Assembly (NCBI GenBank): GCA_965198945.1
Contig: CBDAQI010000012.1
Coordinates: 32,001-96,000 of the forward strand
Reading direction: 5' to 3'
Length of the DNA stretch: 64,000 nucleotides
Origin: Thermodesulfobacteriota bacterium
Lineage (GTDB): Bacteria; Desulfobacterota_D; UBA1144; Nemesobacterales; Mycalebacteriaceae
This document shows, piece by piece, positions 41,122 through 51,625 of this stretch (the stretch's first letter is position 1; each line of letters starts with the position of its first letter). The notes beneath the pieces are model-generated. The model did not search any database. It had not been told where the DNA came from and saw nothing but the letters and a program-made list of their open reading frames with translations. Made by a program: the position numbers and the translations under genes.

Positions 41122-41210
41122 GTCTTGAAGATTTAATCATAGTTGTCGTTTCGCTTGCCGTTTCGCTTTTTGTGGTGCTTCCCTTTTTTATGCAAAACCG
41201 CGAGAAATAA
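41118..41210 (+). CDS. 30-aa single-TM peptide in the ccm operon
   Basis: MSLEDLIIVVVSLAVSLFVVLPFFMQNREK; ATGA overlap with ccmF; fills the gap to the next gene. Confidence 0.55.
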   Translation: MSLEDLIIVVVSLAVSLFVVLPFFMQNREK

Positions 41211-41219
41211 GAATAAAAA

Positions 41220-42467
41220 ATGATTTTCCGTATTTTTGCCGCGTTTTTTATCCTGCTGGTTTCTAATTATTACGGTGCGCCCGTCTACGCTCTGGAAGGA
41301 GGGGAACTGTTTGTAAGTAAGAGGTGTGTCCGTTGCCACACAATCGGTCGGGGAAGGTTTGTCGGTCCCGATCTTAAAGCTGTTTTTGACAAATACCCAA
41401 GAGAGAAAATTGTTCTCTGGATAACGAATCCTTCCGCGGTTTATGCTGCGGAAGGTATGCCGGTCAACGAGGGCTATCCTCCGATGCCCCGGACGGATGT
41501 GAGCCCGGAGGATGCGGAAAAAATTGCGGACTATCTGTTTTCTCTAAATGACATTGCGCCCGTCCCTCCGGATGGTGTTTTTGTCGGCAGGGTTATCAAT
41601 GAAACAACCGGCTCTCCCGCGGCGGGGATGGAAGTTTCGCTGGGCTCATTTATGGGTGACCGCCCGATTTCAATCCTTGCTGAAAATACCGGGGAGGATG
41701 GCGGTTTCATTTTTGAAGGGCTTTCCTGGGGGGCTTCTCATAAAATCTCAATTCAAAAAGACGGCGTCTTGTATGAGACGGACAAGATGGTTTTTCAACC
41801 GGGGCAGAAAGAGATAAGGGTCAGTTTGCCGGTATACGAAACCACAAAAGACGACCGCTCCATATCCCTTGAGTTTAACCACCTGATAGTTGAGCCTTTT
41901 GAAGATGCGGTCAGGGTCGCGGAACTTGCCGGGTTCGTCAACAGCGGGAAAGTCGTGGTTGTTTCAGATGAGAACAATAAGGATCCCTCCACTCTGCGTT
42001 TGGGTGTTCCCGCGGCCGCAACAAATCTGAATTTCATCCACCGGGGCGGGGATTCCGGAGACGTTTCCGAACAAACCCCCGCTTTCACACTTCCCATGCT
42101 TCCGGGATCCAAAACGGTTTTGTTCTCATATGAGATTCCATTTTCAGGCGGAATATTCGGTTCTGAAAAAGCCGTTTTCACGAAAACTCTTCAATACGAC
42201 ACCGCTTCTTTTGTTGTTCTTTCACCCGCTCTTGAAGGTGTTCGGGTTGAGGGGCTTGGGGACGGCGGCCGCGTAAGCGGAAAGGACGGAAAGGTTTTTA
42301 TAAATTGGGAAGGCGGCTGGCTCAAAAAGGGCGACAAAGTGAAAATTTCCGTGTCTTTAGACGGCGGAAAGAGACCGGTGTGGTTTTTTCCTTTCCTTAT
42401 TTTTACATTTGTTCTGACTGCTGCGGTTTTGTTTCGCGTTCTGAGGGGAAATCGGTCTTCCGTTTAG
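41220..42467 (+). CDS. Membrane-anchored monoheme cytochrome c with additional beta-rich domains
   Basis: Signal peptide, CVRCH, GPDL, distal Met in PPMP, GRVINETTG, C-terminal TM helix. Confidence 0.82.
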   Translation: MIFRIFAAFFILLVSNYYGAPVYALEGGELFVSKRCVRCHTIGRGRFVGPDLKAVFDKYPREKIVLWITNPSAVYAAEGMPVNEGYPPMPRTDVSPEDAEKIADYLFSLNDIAPVPPDGVFVGRVINETTGSPAAGMEVSLGSFMGDRPISILAENTGEDGGFIFEGLSWGASHKISIQKDGVLYETDKMVFQPGQKEIRVSLPVYETTKDDRSISLEFNHLIVEPFEDAVRVAELAGFVNSGKVVVVSDENNKDPSTLRLGVPAAATNLNFIHRGGDSGDVSEQTPAFTLPMLPGSKTVLFSYEIPFSGGIFGSEKAVFTKTLQYDTASFVVLSPALEGVRVEGLGDGGRVSGKDGKVFINWEGGWLKKGDKVKISVSLDGGKRPVWFFPFLIFTFVLTAAVLFRVLRGNRSSV

Positions 42468-44020
42468 ATGTTTTTACTGAAAAATTCGCTCATGGCATCA
42501 GCCAAGCCCTCGCCGATATGTTTTTTTGCAATAACCGACGGTTTGAATCCCGCTTCTTCAATGGTTTTTGCGGTGATGGGACCTATGCAGCCGATTGCGG
42601 TTTTGCTCAAAATCTCATTGGCATTTTTGAAAATGGAGGAAAAATTCGCAGCTGAAGACGAACTCGTGAAAACAACCATATCCACCGCCCCGTCAAGCAT
42701 TTCACGCCCGACCGCCCTGATTACGGCGGGGTCGTGTTTCGGGATCCGTGTCCGGTAACAAGTCGCCGTTTCAACCTTGGCGCCCATTTTCAAAAGACCT
42801 TCAGGCAATACTTCTCTGGCTTTTTCCGCTCTCGGAATAAAAAATGTTTTTCCGCGCACTTTGTGTTTTTTCAGTTCCGCAAGTATCCCTTCGGCGGTAA
42901 AATTTTTCGGAACAATGTCCGCCGTAACTCCGTATTGGTTCAGGGTATCCGCGGTTTTGCTTCCTATTGAAACGGTTTTTACGCCCGAAAGAGTCCTTGA
43001 ATCAAAAACTTTCCTGCGCAGTCTCGCAAAAAATCTCTCAATTCCGTTAACACTTGTGAAAATAAGAAAATCACAGACGGAAAGATTTTTTATCAAACTG
43101 TCCGTCTCTTTCCAGGAAGCGGGCGGAATAATCTCAATGCACGGAAAAGATATTACCTCCGCTCCGCGCTGCTGCAGCAGTTTGACAAAATCCGCCGACT
43201 GTCCCGCCGGTCTTGTAACGACTATTTTTTTCCCGAAAAGCGGTTTTTTTTCAAACCAGTTCAGTTTTTCTCTCATTCCTATTGCGCCGCCCACCATAAA
43301 AACCGCCGGGGCCAGGTTTTTCCGTTCTCCGCGGATTTTTTCACATATGTTTTCAAGTGTGCCGACAACGGTTTTCTGTTTTCCCGTTGTTCCGCGCGAG
43401 GTTACCATCACGGATGTGTCCGGAGGTTTGTTCGCCTTTGTCAGCAGCTTGATTATCTCCTCAATGTTGTTCAAAGACATCAGAAACACAACCGTTTCCA
43501 TTGCCGCAAGAGACTCCCAGTTCAGCCCCGATTCTTTCCCGGGTTTTTCATGCCCGGTTACGACCGCAAAAGATGAATTAAAATCCCTGTGAGTGAGGGG
43601 CACGCCCGAATACGCGGGAACCGAGTAAACTGAACTCACACCCGGAACTATCTCAACCGTGATTCCGGCTGATACCAGCGCTTCGGTCTCTTCTCCCCCC
43701 CTTCCAAACACAAACGGATCTCCTCCCTTGAGGCGAACAACTGTTTGGCCTCGCTTTGCGCGGTCAATCAGAAGGCGGTTTATCTCTTTCTGTTCAAATG
43801 TCTTGAACCCCTTTTTTTTCCCGGCGAAAATCATCTCCGCTCCGGCGGGAGCAAATTCCAGAAGTGAATCGTTCGCCAGAGCATCGTAGACAATCACATC
43901 CGCCACGGCGAGTATTTCCATTCCCTTTACAGTAATCAGTCCCGGATCGCCCGGCCCCGCGCCCACAAGATAGACCGCCGCCCGTCCGTAGTCTGATTTT
44001 TCCCTTTTTTTCATAAACAC
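42464..44020 (-). CDS. cobA: Uroporphyrinogen-III C-methyltransferase / uroporphyrinogen-III synthase fusion (CobA-HemD)
   Basis: LVGAGPGDPGLIT, RLKGGDPFVFGRGGEE; HemD part VVTRP, FTSVNG, FTSSS, IGPIT. Confidence 0.95.
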   Translation of the reverse strand: MFMKKREKSDYGRAAVYLVGAGPGDPGLITVKGMEILAVADVIVYDALANDSLLEFAPAGAEMIFAGKKKGFKTFEQKEINRLLIDRAKRGQTVVRLKGGDPFVFGRGGEETEALVSAGITVEIVPGVSSVYSVPAYSGVPLTHRDFNSSFAVVTGHEKPGKESGLNWESLAAMETVVFLMSLNNIEEIIKLLTKANKPPDTSVMVTSRGTTGKQKTVVGTLENICEKIRGERKNLAPAVFMVGGAIGMREKLNWFEKKPLFGKKIVVTRPAGQSADFVKLLQQRGAEVISFPCIEIIPPASWKETDSLIKNLSVCDFLIFTSVNGIERFFARLRRKVFDSRTLSGVKTVSIGSKTADTLNQYGVTADIVPKNFTAEGILAELKKHKVRGKTFFIPRAEKAREVLPEGLLKMGAKVETATCYRTRIPKHDPAVIRAVGREMLDGAVDMVVFTSSSSAANFSSIFKNANEILSKTAIGCIGPITAKTIEEAGFKPSVIAKKHIGEGLADAMSEFFSKNI

Positions 44021-44045
44021 ATTAGCAATAACAACGGGCTCGGTC

Positions 44046-44091
44046 TTGTCAAGGCCGGCGCGCTTGACAAACTCACATTTTTTTTTAGTTT
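44046..44091. promoter_or_regulatory. Back-to-back TTGACA -35 boxes of putative divergent promoters
   Basis: TTGTCAAG-N9-CTTGACAA inverted repeat; plus strand reads TTGACA-16-TAGTTT. Confidence 0.5.
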
Positions 44092-44125
44092 TATATTCAG
44101 CGGTGAGACCCGCGGGGAGGCTTTT

Positions 44126-44740
44126 ATGATATCCGGACGGTCCTTTCTTTATTGTTTGGCGGCGGCTTTTTTCGTCGTTTTGCTTAATCCTTCCGTTTCA
44201 CGGGCGGACAGCGATTGCCCTTCTTCAGACCACGAGGAAGATAAAGAATTTTCGGAAAGATGGTTTTCACACAGCAAAAGTCATCATGATCATGACGACC
44301 ATCATGAATACCCCAAAAACTACAAAAGCAAAAGTCATGATGATGACCGTCATGGATACCGCAAAGATTACAAGTACAAGAAAAGTTCCCGGCACAAGTG
44401 GAAGCGGCGGGCCGGGCCTTTCTGGTGGAGAACCTCTTTCATGGCGGAGCGTTTGAGTCTAAGTGAACAGCAGATTTCAAAACTGGATGGAATCGCCGTT
44501 TCGTATACGCCGCGTATTTCAGAGGCTTATCATGAAATGTATGAAGCGAAGCTGGAGTTTAACAGAGCGGTTGCAGACCCGGAATCTTCGTCCAAAAAAA
44601 TCAAGGCGGCGGCTGATAAAAAATACAAGGCATGGGTGGATAAAAAAATGATTAAGCTGGACATGCTTCTTGAAATGCGAAAAGTCCTGACGCCTGAACA
44701 GATTAGAGATTTGACGCTTTTGAAAATGAAAAACAAGTGA
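44126..44740 (+). CDS. Spy/CpxP (LTxxQ) family periplasmic protein with a His/Asp-rich N-terminal region
   Basis: Signal peptide ending SRA-DS; LSLSEQQ and VLTPEQ motifs; HHDHDDHH tract. Confidence 0.8.
   Translation: MISGRSFLYCLAAAFFVVLLNPSVSRADSDCPSSDHEEDKEFSERWFSHSKSHHDHDDHHEYPKNYKSKSHDDDRHGYRKDYKYKKSSRHKWKRRAGPFWWRTSFMAERLSLSEQQISKLDGIAVSYTPRISEAYHEMYEAKLEFNRAVADPESSSKKIKAAADKKYKAWVDKKMIKLDMLLEMRKVLTPEQIRDLTLLKMKNK
44273..44374 (+). repeat. Imperfect in-frame tandem duplication (54 + 48 nt)
   Basis: Both units start agcaaaagtcat and encode [18 protein letters not shown] and [16 protein letters not shown]. Confidence 0.75.
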
Positions 44741-46787
44741 AAATTCATGCGGATTCGGGGACGGGCGAGCGGAGTTTTAATCTCCACAGTGAATTTGAAC
44801 CGGCGGGAGGGCAGCCCGGAGCCATAGAACAGATTATATCGCGGCTTCGTGACGGCATTCCCGACCAGGTTCTTCTCGGTGTGACCGGCAGCGGAAAGAC
44901 CTTTACCGTTGCTCACGCGATTGCACGCACGGGGCGGCCGGCGCTTGTTCTTGCGCACAACAAAATCCTCGCCGCACAGCTCTACGGAGAGTTCAAAAAC
45001 CTGTTTCCGGACAACGCCGTTCACTATTTCATAAGTTACTACGATTACTATCAGCCTGAAGCGTATATACCTCAGAGCAACACTTACATAGAGAAAGATG
45101 TTGCAATCAACGACCATATAGACAAGATGCGCCATGCGGCCACCACGGCGCTTTTTGAACGCCGCGACATAATAGTTGTGGCCAGTGTGTCAGCCATATA
45201 CGGCATCGGAGCCCCGCAGGACTATTACGGAATGATGAACTTCATTCAACCGGGCGCAAAAACGGACAGAGATGTTTTTCTGTCAAGACTTGCGGGTATT
45301 CAATATGAAAGGAGCGGTGAAGTTCTGCAAAGGGGAACCTTCAGGGTTCGCGGCGATGTTGTTGATGTTATGCACTCCCACGGCGAAAATGAGGCTGTGA
45401 GAATTGAGTTTTTCGGTGAAACGGTTGAGAGCGTGAGTGCGATTGACGGCAATACCGGAGCTTTTCTACGCCATATGGAAAAGGCCTCTTTTTATCCCGC
45501 CTCCCACTATGTTGCTCCGAGAGAAAAGCTGCTCGCCGCCATAGATTCAATCAAGAAAGAGCTTGAGGAGAGAATCGCGTATTTTTCCTCCCGTGCAATG
45601 GAGGAGGAAAAAAACAGAATACGGGAACGAACCCGGAGAGATATTGAGTTTCTTGAAACCATGGGATTTTGTCCCGGAATAGAAAACTATTCCCGGCACC
45701 TTTCCGGGAGAGCCGAGGAGGAGCCTCCGTTCACTCTTCTTGACTATTTTCCCGATGATTTTATTTGTGTGATAGATGAGAGCCACCAGACCGTTCCGCA
45801 GATTCGCGGCATGCACGCCGGAGACAGGAGCCGCAAACAGACACTTGTTGAACACGGTTTCAGGCTTCCGTCCGCAATAGACAACAGGCCTCTCAACTTT
45901 GATGAGTTTGCCGAAAGGGTCGGCCAGGTTATTTACGTTTCCGCCACTCCGGCGCAGTATGAAATCAGAAAATCCGCCGGTTCGGTTGCCGAACAGATAA
46001 TCCGTCCGACCGGTCTTGCCGACCCGGAGGTTGAAGTTCGTCCCGCCCGCGGCCAGGTTGAAGACCTTCTCGGAGAGGTCCGCACTGCGGCCCGTGCGGG
46101 CGAGCGGGTTCTTGTTTCCACACTCACGAAAAAAATGGCGGAGGATCTGACAGATTATTACAGGGAGGCGGGCGTGAGGGTGCGTTATATGCATTCTGAA
46201 ATAGAGACTCTTGAGAGGGTTCGCATAATACGGGATTTGAGAAGCGGTGAATTTGATGTTCTTGTCGGCATTAACCTTCTGCGCGAGGGGCTTGATATCC
46301 CGGAAGTGGCTTTGTTTGCGGTGCTTGACGCGGACAGGGAAGGTTATTTGCGCAGTGAGACTTCTTTGATTCAGATGTTCGGCAGAGCGGCCAGAAAACA
46401 GCGCGGGCAGAGTAATAATGTATGGCGATGAAACAACCGGCTCAATGAGAGCCGCCATGCGCGAGACTGCGCGGCGAAGACAAATGCAGCTTGAATATAA
46501 TGAGAAAAACGGCATAGTTCCCTCCGATATCAGAAAAAATATCAACGGGGCCATGGGGCTTGTTTGCGATGCAGACTATGTTGATTTTTCCGAAGATGAG
46601 GCAGTCCCCGTCTGACATTGCCCCGGAAAAGATACCGGGGGGTCATAAAGTCTCTCACGGCTGAGATGAAAAAAAAGCGCGGATGGTCTGGAATTTGAGA
46701 AGGCGGCCGGGTTTGAAAAAAAGAATAAGAAAACTTAAAGAAATGGAAGCGGAGTATATTGCGGGAATGAACGGCCGCGGAGCCTGA
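44737..46787 (+). CDS. uvrB: Excinuclease ABC subunit B, frameshifted in the 3' part from about 46398
   Basis: [38 protein letters not shown]; continues in another frame as YGDETTGSM...[10 protein letters not shown]. Confidence 0.95.
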
Positions 46788-46861
46788 TTTTTCTTTTTTT
46801 ACAATCAGGGTTTTAATTCTTTTCCGGTTTGACGGATGACTTGCAGGTGGTTTCCGTCAAC

Positions 46862-46890
46862 TTGCTTAAAAACTGCGGTTTGATTAAAAT
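46862..46890 (+). promoter_or_regulatory. Putative sigma70 promoter of the rimP-nusA-infB operon
   Basis: TTGCTT-17 nt-TAAAAT. Confidence 0.6.
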
Positions 46891-46914
46891 AACCGGCGGA
46901 CAGCCACTGGTTTT

Positions 46915-46944
46915 GCAGAAGCGGGCCCGCGAGCCCGCTTCTGT
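46915..46944 (+). ncRNA. rimP leader hairpin (cis-regulatory)
   Basis: GCAGAAGCGGGC-ccgcga-GCCCGCTTCTGT stem with a GGGC/GCCC core, just upstream of the rimP RBS. Confidence 0.7.
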
Positions 46945-46963
46945 GTAGTCGGGCGGAGGTTTT

Positions 46964-47422
46964 ATGAACGGCACAACGGTGAAAAGACTGTCTGATATAG
47001 TTGAAAAAGTTATCTGTGGAACTCCGTTTGAGCTTGTGGATTTACGCTTTGCGGGGGGCGGAAAGGTTGCGGTTTTTGTTGACAGACCGGGCGGTGTGAG
47101 CATAGGAGAGTGCTCGGAATTGAGCAGGGAAATAGGAGTTTTGATTGATATTGAAGAGGTCATGAGCGGCCGTTACACGCTTGAAGTGTCATCCCCGGGG
47201 CCGGAAAGACCCCTGAAAAAACCGGGTGACTATAAAAGGTTCTGCGGAAGAAGAGCCAAGATAAGAACAAAGGAGATTCTGAATGGTCGCAAGGTGTTTA
47301 TAGGACGCATAGACGGAATAGAAAACGGTTTTGTGAGGATGTCCGCCGAAGAAACGGCTGACGAAGTTTTTTCCATCCCGTTTGAAGATATAGAGAAGGG
47401 AAATTTGAAACTGGAGTTATGA
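46964..47422 (+). CDS. rimP: Ribosome maturation factor RimP
   Basis: YTLEVSSPGPERPL; first gene of the nusA operon. Confidence 0.96.
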   Translation: MNGTTVKRLSDIVEKVICGTPFELVDLRFAGGGKVAVFVDRPGGVSIGECSELSREIGVLIDIEEVMSGRYTLEVSSPGPERPLKKPGDYKRFCGRRAKIRTKEILNGRKVFIGRIDGIENGFVRMSAEETADEVFSIPFEDIEKGNLKLEL

Positions 47423-47426
47423 CAAA

Positions 47427-48863
47427 ATGTCCACGGAGTTGAACAGAGTTATAGAAACTGTGGTGAAAGAGAAAAGTCTCAAGAAGCAGGAAGTGATCAA
47501 AGCCGTTGAAGACGCGGTCATAAGCGCGGTTGAGAGCGTTGCCAAAAGAGACTACGAAACCGGCGAGTTTGAGGTTCAATACAACGAACAGGAAGGCATT
47601 ATTGAATTGTTCCAATATAAAGATGTGGTTGAGGAGGTCTCAGACCCCACAAGACAGATAGACATAAAAAAAGCCGTGCAACTTGACCATGAAGCTGAAA
47701 TCGGAGAGGAAATAGGGGTTCGCGTCTGGACTTCGGAGTCTTTTCCCGGAAAAGAGTCTTCAAACGGAGAACCCGGTGACGAGATGTTTTCCCATAAGGG
47801 ATTTACGCGTGTTGCTATCCATAACGCCAAACAGAAAATAATGCAGAAGGTTAAAGAGGCGGAGGGCAGGTTTATCTACGAGGAGTTCATAAACTACAAA
47901 GGCAGGCTTGTGAACGGGATTGTAAGAAGAATAGAGAGGAGAAGCGTTGTGGTTGATCTTGGCAGAACCGAGGCGATTCTTCCCTACTCACACAAAGCCC
48001 CCAAAGAGTTTTATGAACCCAAAGACCGTATCAAGGCTCTTTTGCTTGAAATTGACAATGAAAAAAGAATCCCGCGCCTAATACTGTCAAGGGTTGCTCC
48101 GGATTTTGTAAAAAGGCTTTTTGAAAGCGAGATTCCCGAAATAGCGGACGGGATAATTGAGATAAAGGCAATCGCCAGAGACCCGGGTTCAAGGATGAAA
48201 ATAGCCGTTTATTCTCATGACCCCGATGTTGACCCGGTCGGCGCTTGTGTCGGAATACGAGGCGCCAGAGTGCAGAACCTGATTCAGGAACTCCAGGGAG
48301 AAAAAATAGACATAGTTCCGTGGTCTGCCAACCTGGGACGTTTTGTTTCAGATTCCCTGTCTCCCGCGGTTGTAAATAAAGTGATAATTGATGAAAGCGC
48401 AAAACAGATGGAGGTTGTTGTTGATGAAGACCAGCCCACTCTGGCGATAGGGCGCGGCGGGCAGAATGTGCGTCTTGCCTCCAATTTGACTGAGTGGAAG
48501 ATAGATATCAAGACCGAAGAACAGGTGAAAAAAGAGAAAGAGCAGTCTCTTGCGATTCTTACAAGTCTTCCTTCAGTCGGCAATGTAGCGGCGAACCTTC
48601 TTTTCAACGAAGGTTTCAGAGGACTGGAGGATGTTGTTTTCGCCGACCCGGCAAACATAAAGTCCGTTTTGAAAGAGTTGAGTGATGAAGAAATTGAATC
48701 AATGATTTCATTTGCGAGGGTTGCCCTCAAAGAAAGCGTGAAGGAGCAGACGGGACAGGAAGCCGCGGAGCCGGTTTCAAATTCCGAAGAGACAAAATCC
48801 GCTGAAGCGGACTCGTTAAAGATGGAGGATGACGCACGGTCCGGCACATCCGAGCGGAACTGA
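47427..48863 (+). CDS. nusA: Transcription termination factor NusA
   Basis: EIPEI, ARDPG, DPVGACVG, GEKIDI, AIGRGGQNVRLAS. Confidence 0.97.
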   Translation: MSTELNRVIETVVKEKSLKKQEVIKAVEDAVISAVESVAKRDYETGEFEVQYNEQEGIIELFQYKDVVEEVSDPTRQIDIKKAVQLDHEAEIGEEIGVRVWTSESFPGKESSNGEPGDEMFSHKGFTRVAIHNAKQKIMQKVKEAEGRFIYEEFINYKGRLVNGIVRRIERRSVVVDLGRTEAILPYSHKAPKEFYEPKDRIKALLLEIDNEKRIPRLILSRVAPDFVKRLFESEIPEIADGIIEIKAIARDPGSRMKIAVYSHDPDVDPVGACVGIRGARVQNLIQELQGEKIDIVPWSANLGRFVSDSLSPAVVNKVIIDESAKQMEVVVDEDQPTLAIGRGGQNVRLASNLTEWKIDIKTEEQVKKEKEQSLAILTSLPSVGNVAANLLFNEGFRGLEDVVFADPANIKSVLKELSDEEIESMISFARVALKESVKEQTGQEAAEPVSNSEETKSAEADSLKMEDDARSGTSERN

Positions 48864-48886
48864 GACGCGGGCGCTTTTGGCGGTAT

Positions 48887-51244
48887 ATGAAGTTGACGGG
48901 AGTAAATGAACTTGCAAAGGAACTTGGAGTTTCAAGCGCGGATGTTGTATCCGCCGCTAAGGATATTGGAGTAAATCTCTCAATGTATCCGAGTTCTGTG
49001 GATACTGAAACTGCGGAAAAAATAAGAAAAGTTTTTTCGTCCGTTCCCGGAGCGGAAAATTCCGGGGGCGGGGTGAAGGTTGTTGAATTCGGCTCTGGTG
49101 ACAAAAAAATTACCGAGACCAGAACCTCCGGCCGTGTTGTAAGACGCAGAATCAAGGTTGAGAAACCCGCGGAGCAAAAACCGGAGGAAGTTGAATTGCC
49201 TGAAAAACGGACGGCCGCCCAGGCTGCCTGGAGCGCACCGGACGGAGTTCCCGCCAAGGAACCTGAAAAAAAATCCGTGAAGGAAAAACCGGCTGTTCAA
49301 GACCCGGAGAAAGAAAAACTTGCCCGGAAAATAGAGGGCGCGCTTGCTCCAAAACTTACCGCCAGAAAAAAAGAATACATTGTTGATGAGAAGAGCTTCC
49401 GCAGAAAGCAGGAAATCAGGAGAAGAAAACCTCCGCAGCCTCAGACTTCTTCGCCCGCGCCAAAGCCGGCACAGTCTCAGCCACCCGGCAGAAAGAATGT
49501 AAAGATAGGAGAGTCCATCACGCTTGAAGACCTTGCGCGCAGAATGGAAATGAAGCTGAAGGATGTCAGGGCAAAGGCCAGGAGCATTGGTATTGAAAGC
49601 TTTTCAAAAAAACAGCTTGATTATGAGACTGCAATTCTTATCGCCGCCGAATACGGTCTTGATGTTGAGGTTGACAGATTTGACGAAAGTGCCTATCTGA
49701 ATGACAGTGAGGCGGGCTTGGCCAATGAGGCGCCGCGCCCTCCGGTTGTGAGCATCATGGGGCATGTTGATCACGGAAAAACAACCCTTCTTGACACTCT
49801 GCGCAAATCAAATGTCGCTTCCGGGGAGGCGGGGGGAATCACTCAGCGGATCGGGGCCTACAAAGTTGCCTCCGGAGAAAGACAGGTTGTTTTCATAGAC
49901 ACGCCCGGCCATGAGTCGTTTACTTCAATGAGGGCGCGCGGAGCCATGATAAACGATATGGTGATACTTGTTGTCGCCGCTGATGACGGGGTGAAAGCGC
50001 AGACAATTGAGGCCATCAGCCATGCAGGTGCGGCCGGGGTTCCGGTAATTGTTGCCGTTAATAAAATTGACAAAGACGGAGCGGACCCCGAAAACGTTAA
50101 AAGACAGCTTTCCGAGCACGGGCTTGTGGCGGAAGATTGGGGAGGCGACACGCTTTTTGTGGAAATATCGGCAAAAACCGGACAGGGGCTCAAAGAGCTT
50201 CTTGAGATTATTCTTCTTCAGGCCGATATTCTTGAGCTCCGGGCTCCGCAAACCGGTATTGCAAGGGGAATTGTTCTTGAGTCACGGCTTGACAAAGGCC
50301 GGGGTGCGATTGCGGATGTAATTATCAAAAAGGGCGGTCTGAAAGTGGGGGATCATGTTATTGCGGGTATTTTCACCGGAAGAGTCAGGTCCCTTTCCGA
50401 TGAAAACGGCGTAAAACTGAAAACCGCCGGGCCTTCAATGCCGGTTGAAATTATGGGTCTTTCAGGAGTTCCCGATGCGGGCGAGAATTTTTATGTCGTG
50501 CGAGACGAGAAAACCGCCCGCTCCATAGCTGACAACAGACGGTTGAAAATCGGGCAGAGTGAGGCCGCGGCGGCACAGACACCGTCTCTTGATGCGATTG
50601 AAATGATGCGGGAAAGTCAGGAGAATGCGCCGAAGGAGCTTTCCCTTATAATCAAGGGCGACACCCGGGGCTCCATTGAGGCCATCAGGGACTCCATTGG
50701 AAAAATTGAATCGGAAAAATGCACTGTCAAAATAGCGCATTCCGGGGTTGGAGGCATAACCGGCAACGATGTTGATCTTGCCCATGTTACCAATTCTTCA
50801 ATACTGGGATTCAACGTCCGTCCCGATCCGAAAGCAGCCTCGGAAGCTTCCAGGCGCGGAATTTTGATTGAGACCCATTCAATTGTCTATGAGATTCTGG
50901 AGAGAATAAAGCAGATTATGGAAGGCCTTCTTGATCCCCTGGTTGAGGAGGAAACCGTCGGAAACGCCAGGGTTCTGGAAATATTCCGTGTTTCGGGGCA
51001 GAGAGCCGTTGCGGGCTGTATTGTTGATGAAGGCAAAGTTTTGAGAGGGGGGAGCGTAAGAATTGTGCGGGACGGAGCGGTGGTTTATGAAAGTAAAATC
51101 GGCTCATTGAAGAGGTTCAAAGATGATGTCAGAGAGGTTCAGTCGGGTTATGAGTGCGGGCTCACAGTAGAGAATTTCAGCGATGTGAAGGTGGGTGATG
51201 TGCTTGAAATTTATTCCGTAAAGGAAACCGCCCAGCAGTTATAG
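48887..51244 (+). CDS. infB: Translation initiation factor IF-2
   Basis: MGHVDHGKTT, GGITQ, DTPGH, NKID, SLKRFKDDV. Confidence 0.98.
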   Translation: MKLTGVNELAKELGVSSADVVSAAKDIGVNLSMYPSSVDTETAEKIRKVFSSVPGAENSGGGVKVVEFGSGDKKITETRTSGRVVRRRIKVEKPAEQKPEEVELPEKRTAAQAAWSAPDGVPAKEPEKKSVKEKPAVQDPEKEKLARKIEGALAPKLTARKKEYIVDEKSFRRKQEIRRRKPPQPQTSSPAPKPAQSQPPGRKNVKIGESITLEDLARRMEMKLKDVRAKARSIGIESFSKKQLDYETAILIAAEYGLDVEVDRFDESAYLNDSEAGLANEAPRPPVVSIMGHVDHGKTTLLDTLRKSNVASGEAGGITQRIGAYKVASGERQVVFIDTPGHESFTSMRARGAMINDMVILVVAADDGVKAQTIEAISHAGAAGVPVIVAVNKIDKDGADPENVKRQLSEHGLVAEDWGGDTLFVEISAKTGQGLKELLEIILLQADILELRAPQTGIARGIVLESRLDKGRGAIADVIIKKGGLKVGDHVIAGIFTGRVRSLSDENGVKLKTAGPSMPVEIMGLSGVPDAGENFYVVRDEKTARSIADNRRLKIGQSEAAAAQTPSLDAIEMMRESQENAPKELSLIIKGDTRGSIEAIRDSIGKIESEKCTVKIAHSGVGGITGNDVDLAHVTNSSILGFNVRPDPKAASEASRRGILIETHSIVYEILERIKQIMEGLLDPLVEEETVGNARVLEIFRVSGQRAVAGCIVDEGKVLRGGSVRIVRDGAVVYESKIGSLKRFKDDVREVQSGYECGLTVENFSDVKVGDVLEIYSVKETAQQL

Positions 51245-51265
51245 GGTTTCCCGGAGAAGTTTGGT

Positions 51266-51625
51266 TTGGCAAGCGGCCGCAGTTTCAGTTACGAGAGAAG
51301 GGAGCGTGTGGGGGACCTTCTTCTGAAAGAAATAGCATTGATAATCAGCGAGGGCAAAATCCGTGACACCCGTGTCTCGCGGGCCGTTATAACAAATGTT
51401 TCGCTGTCACGCGATATGTCTTGCGCAAGGGTGTTTTTTACACATCTCAAAGGCGGTTCCACGGACTCAATGCTTGACGCTTTGAACGGAATGTCGGGTT
51501 TTTTCCGAAAGCAGGTTGCGTCCCGGCTGCATTTGAAAAAAGTTCCTTCAATAGAGTTTAGAAAAGATGACGTTCTGGCTTCCGCACAAAAAGTGGAAGA
51601 GATTATCAAGGGTTTTGACGGTTGA
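51266..51625 (+). CDS. rbfA: Ribosome-binding factor A
   Basis: RRERVG, IRDTRV, LSRDM, KKVPSIEF; follows infB. Confidence 0.92.
   Translation: MASGRSFSYERRERVGDLLLKEIALIISEGKIRDTRVSRAVITNVSLSRDMSCARVFFTHLKGGSTDSMLDALNGMSGFFRKQVASRLHLKKVPSIEFRKDDVLASAQKVEEIIKGFDG

Noticed and set aside
42464..44020. CobA-HemD fusion as a novelty
   Set aside because: It is a well-known fusion in deltaproteobacteria and Firmicutes.
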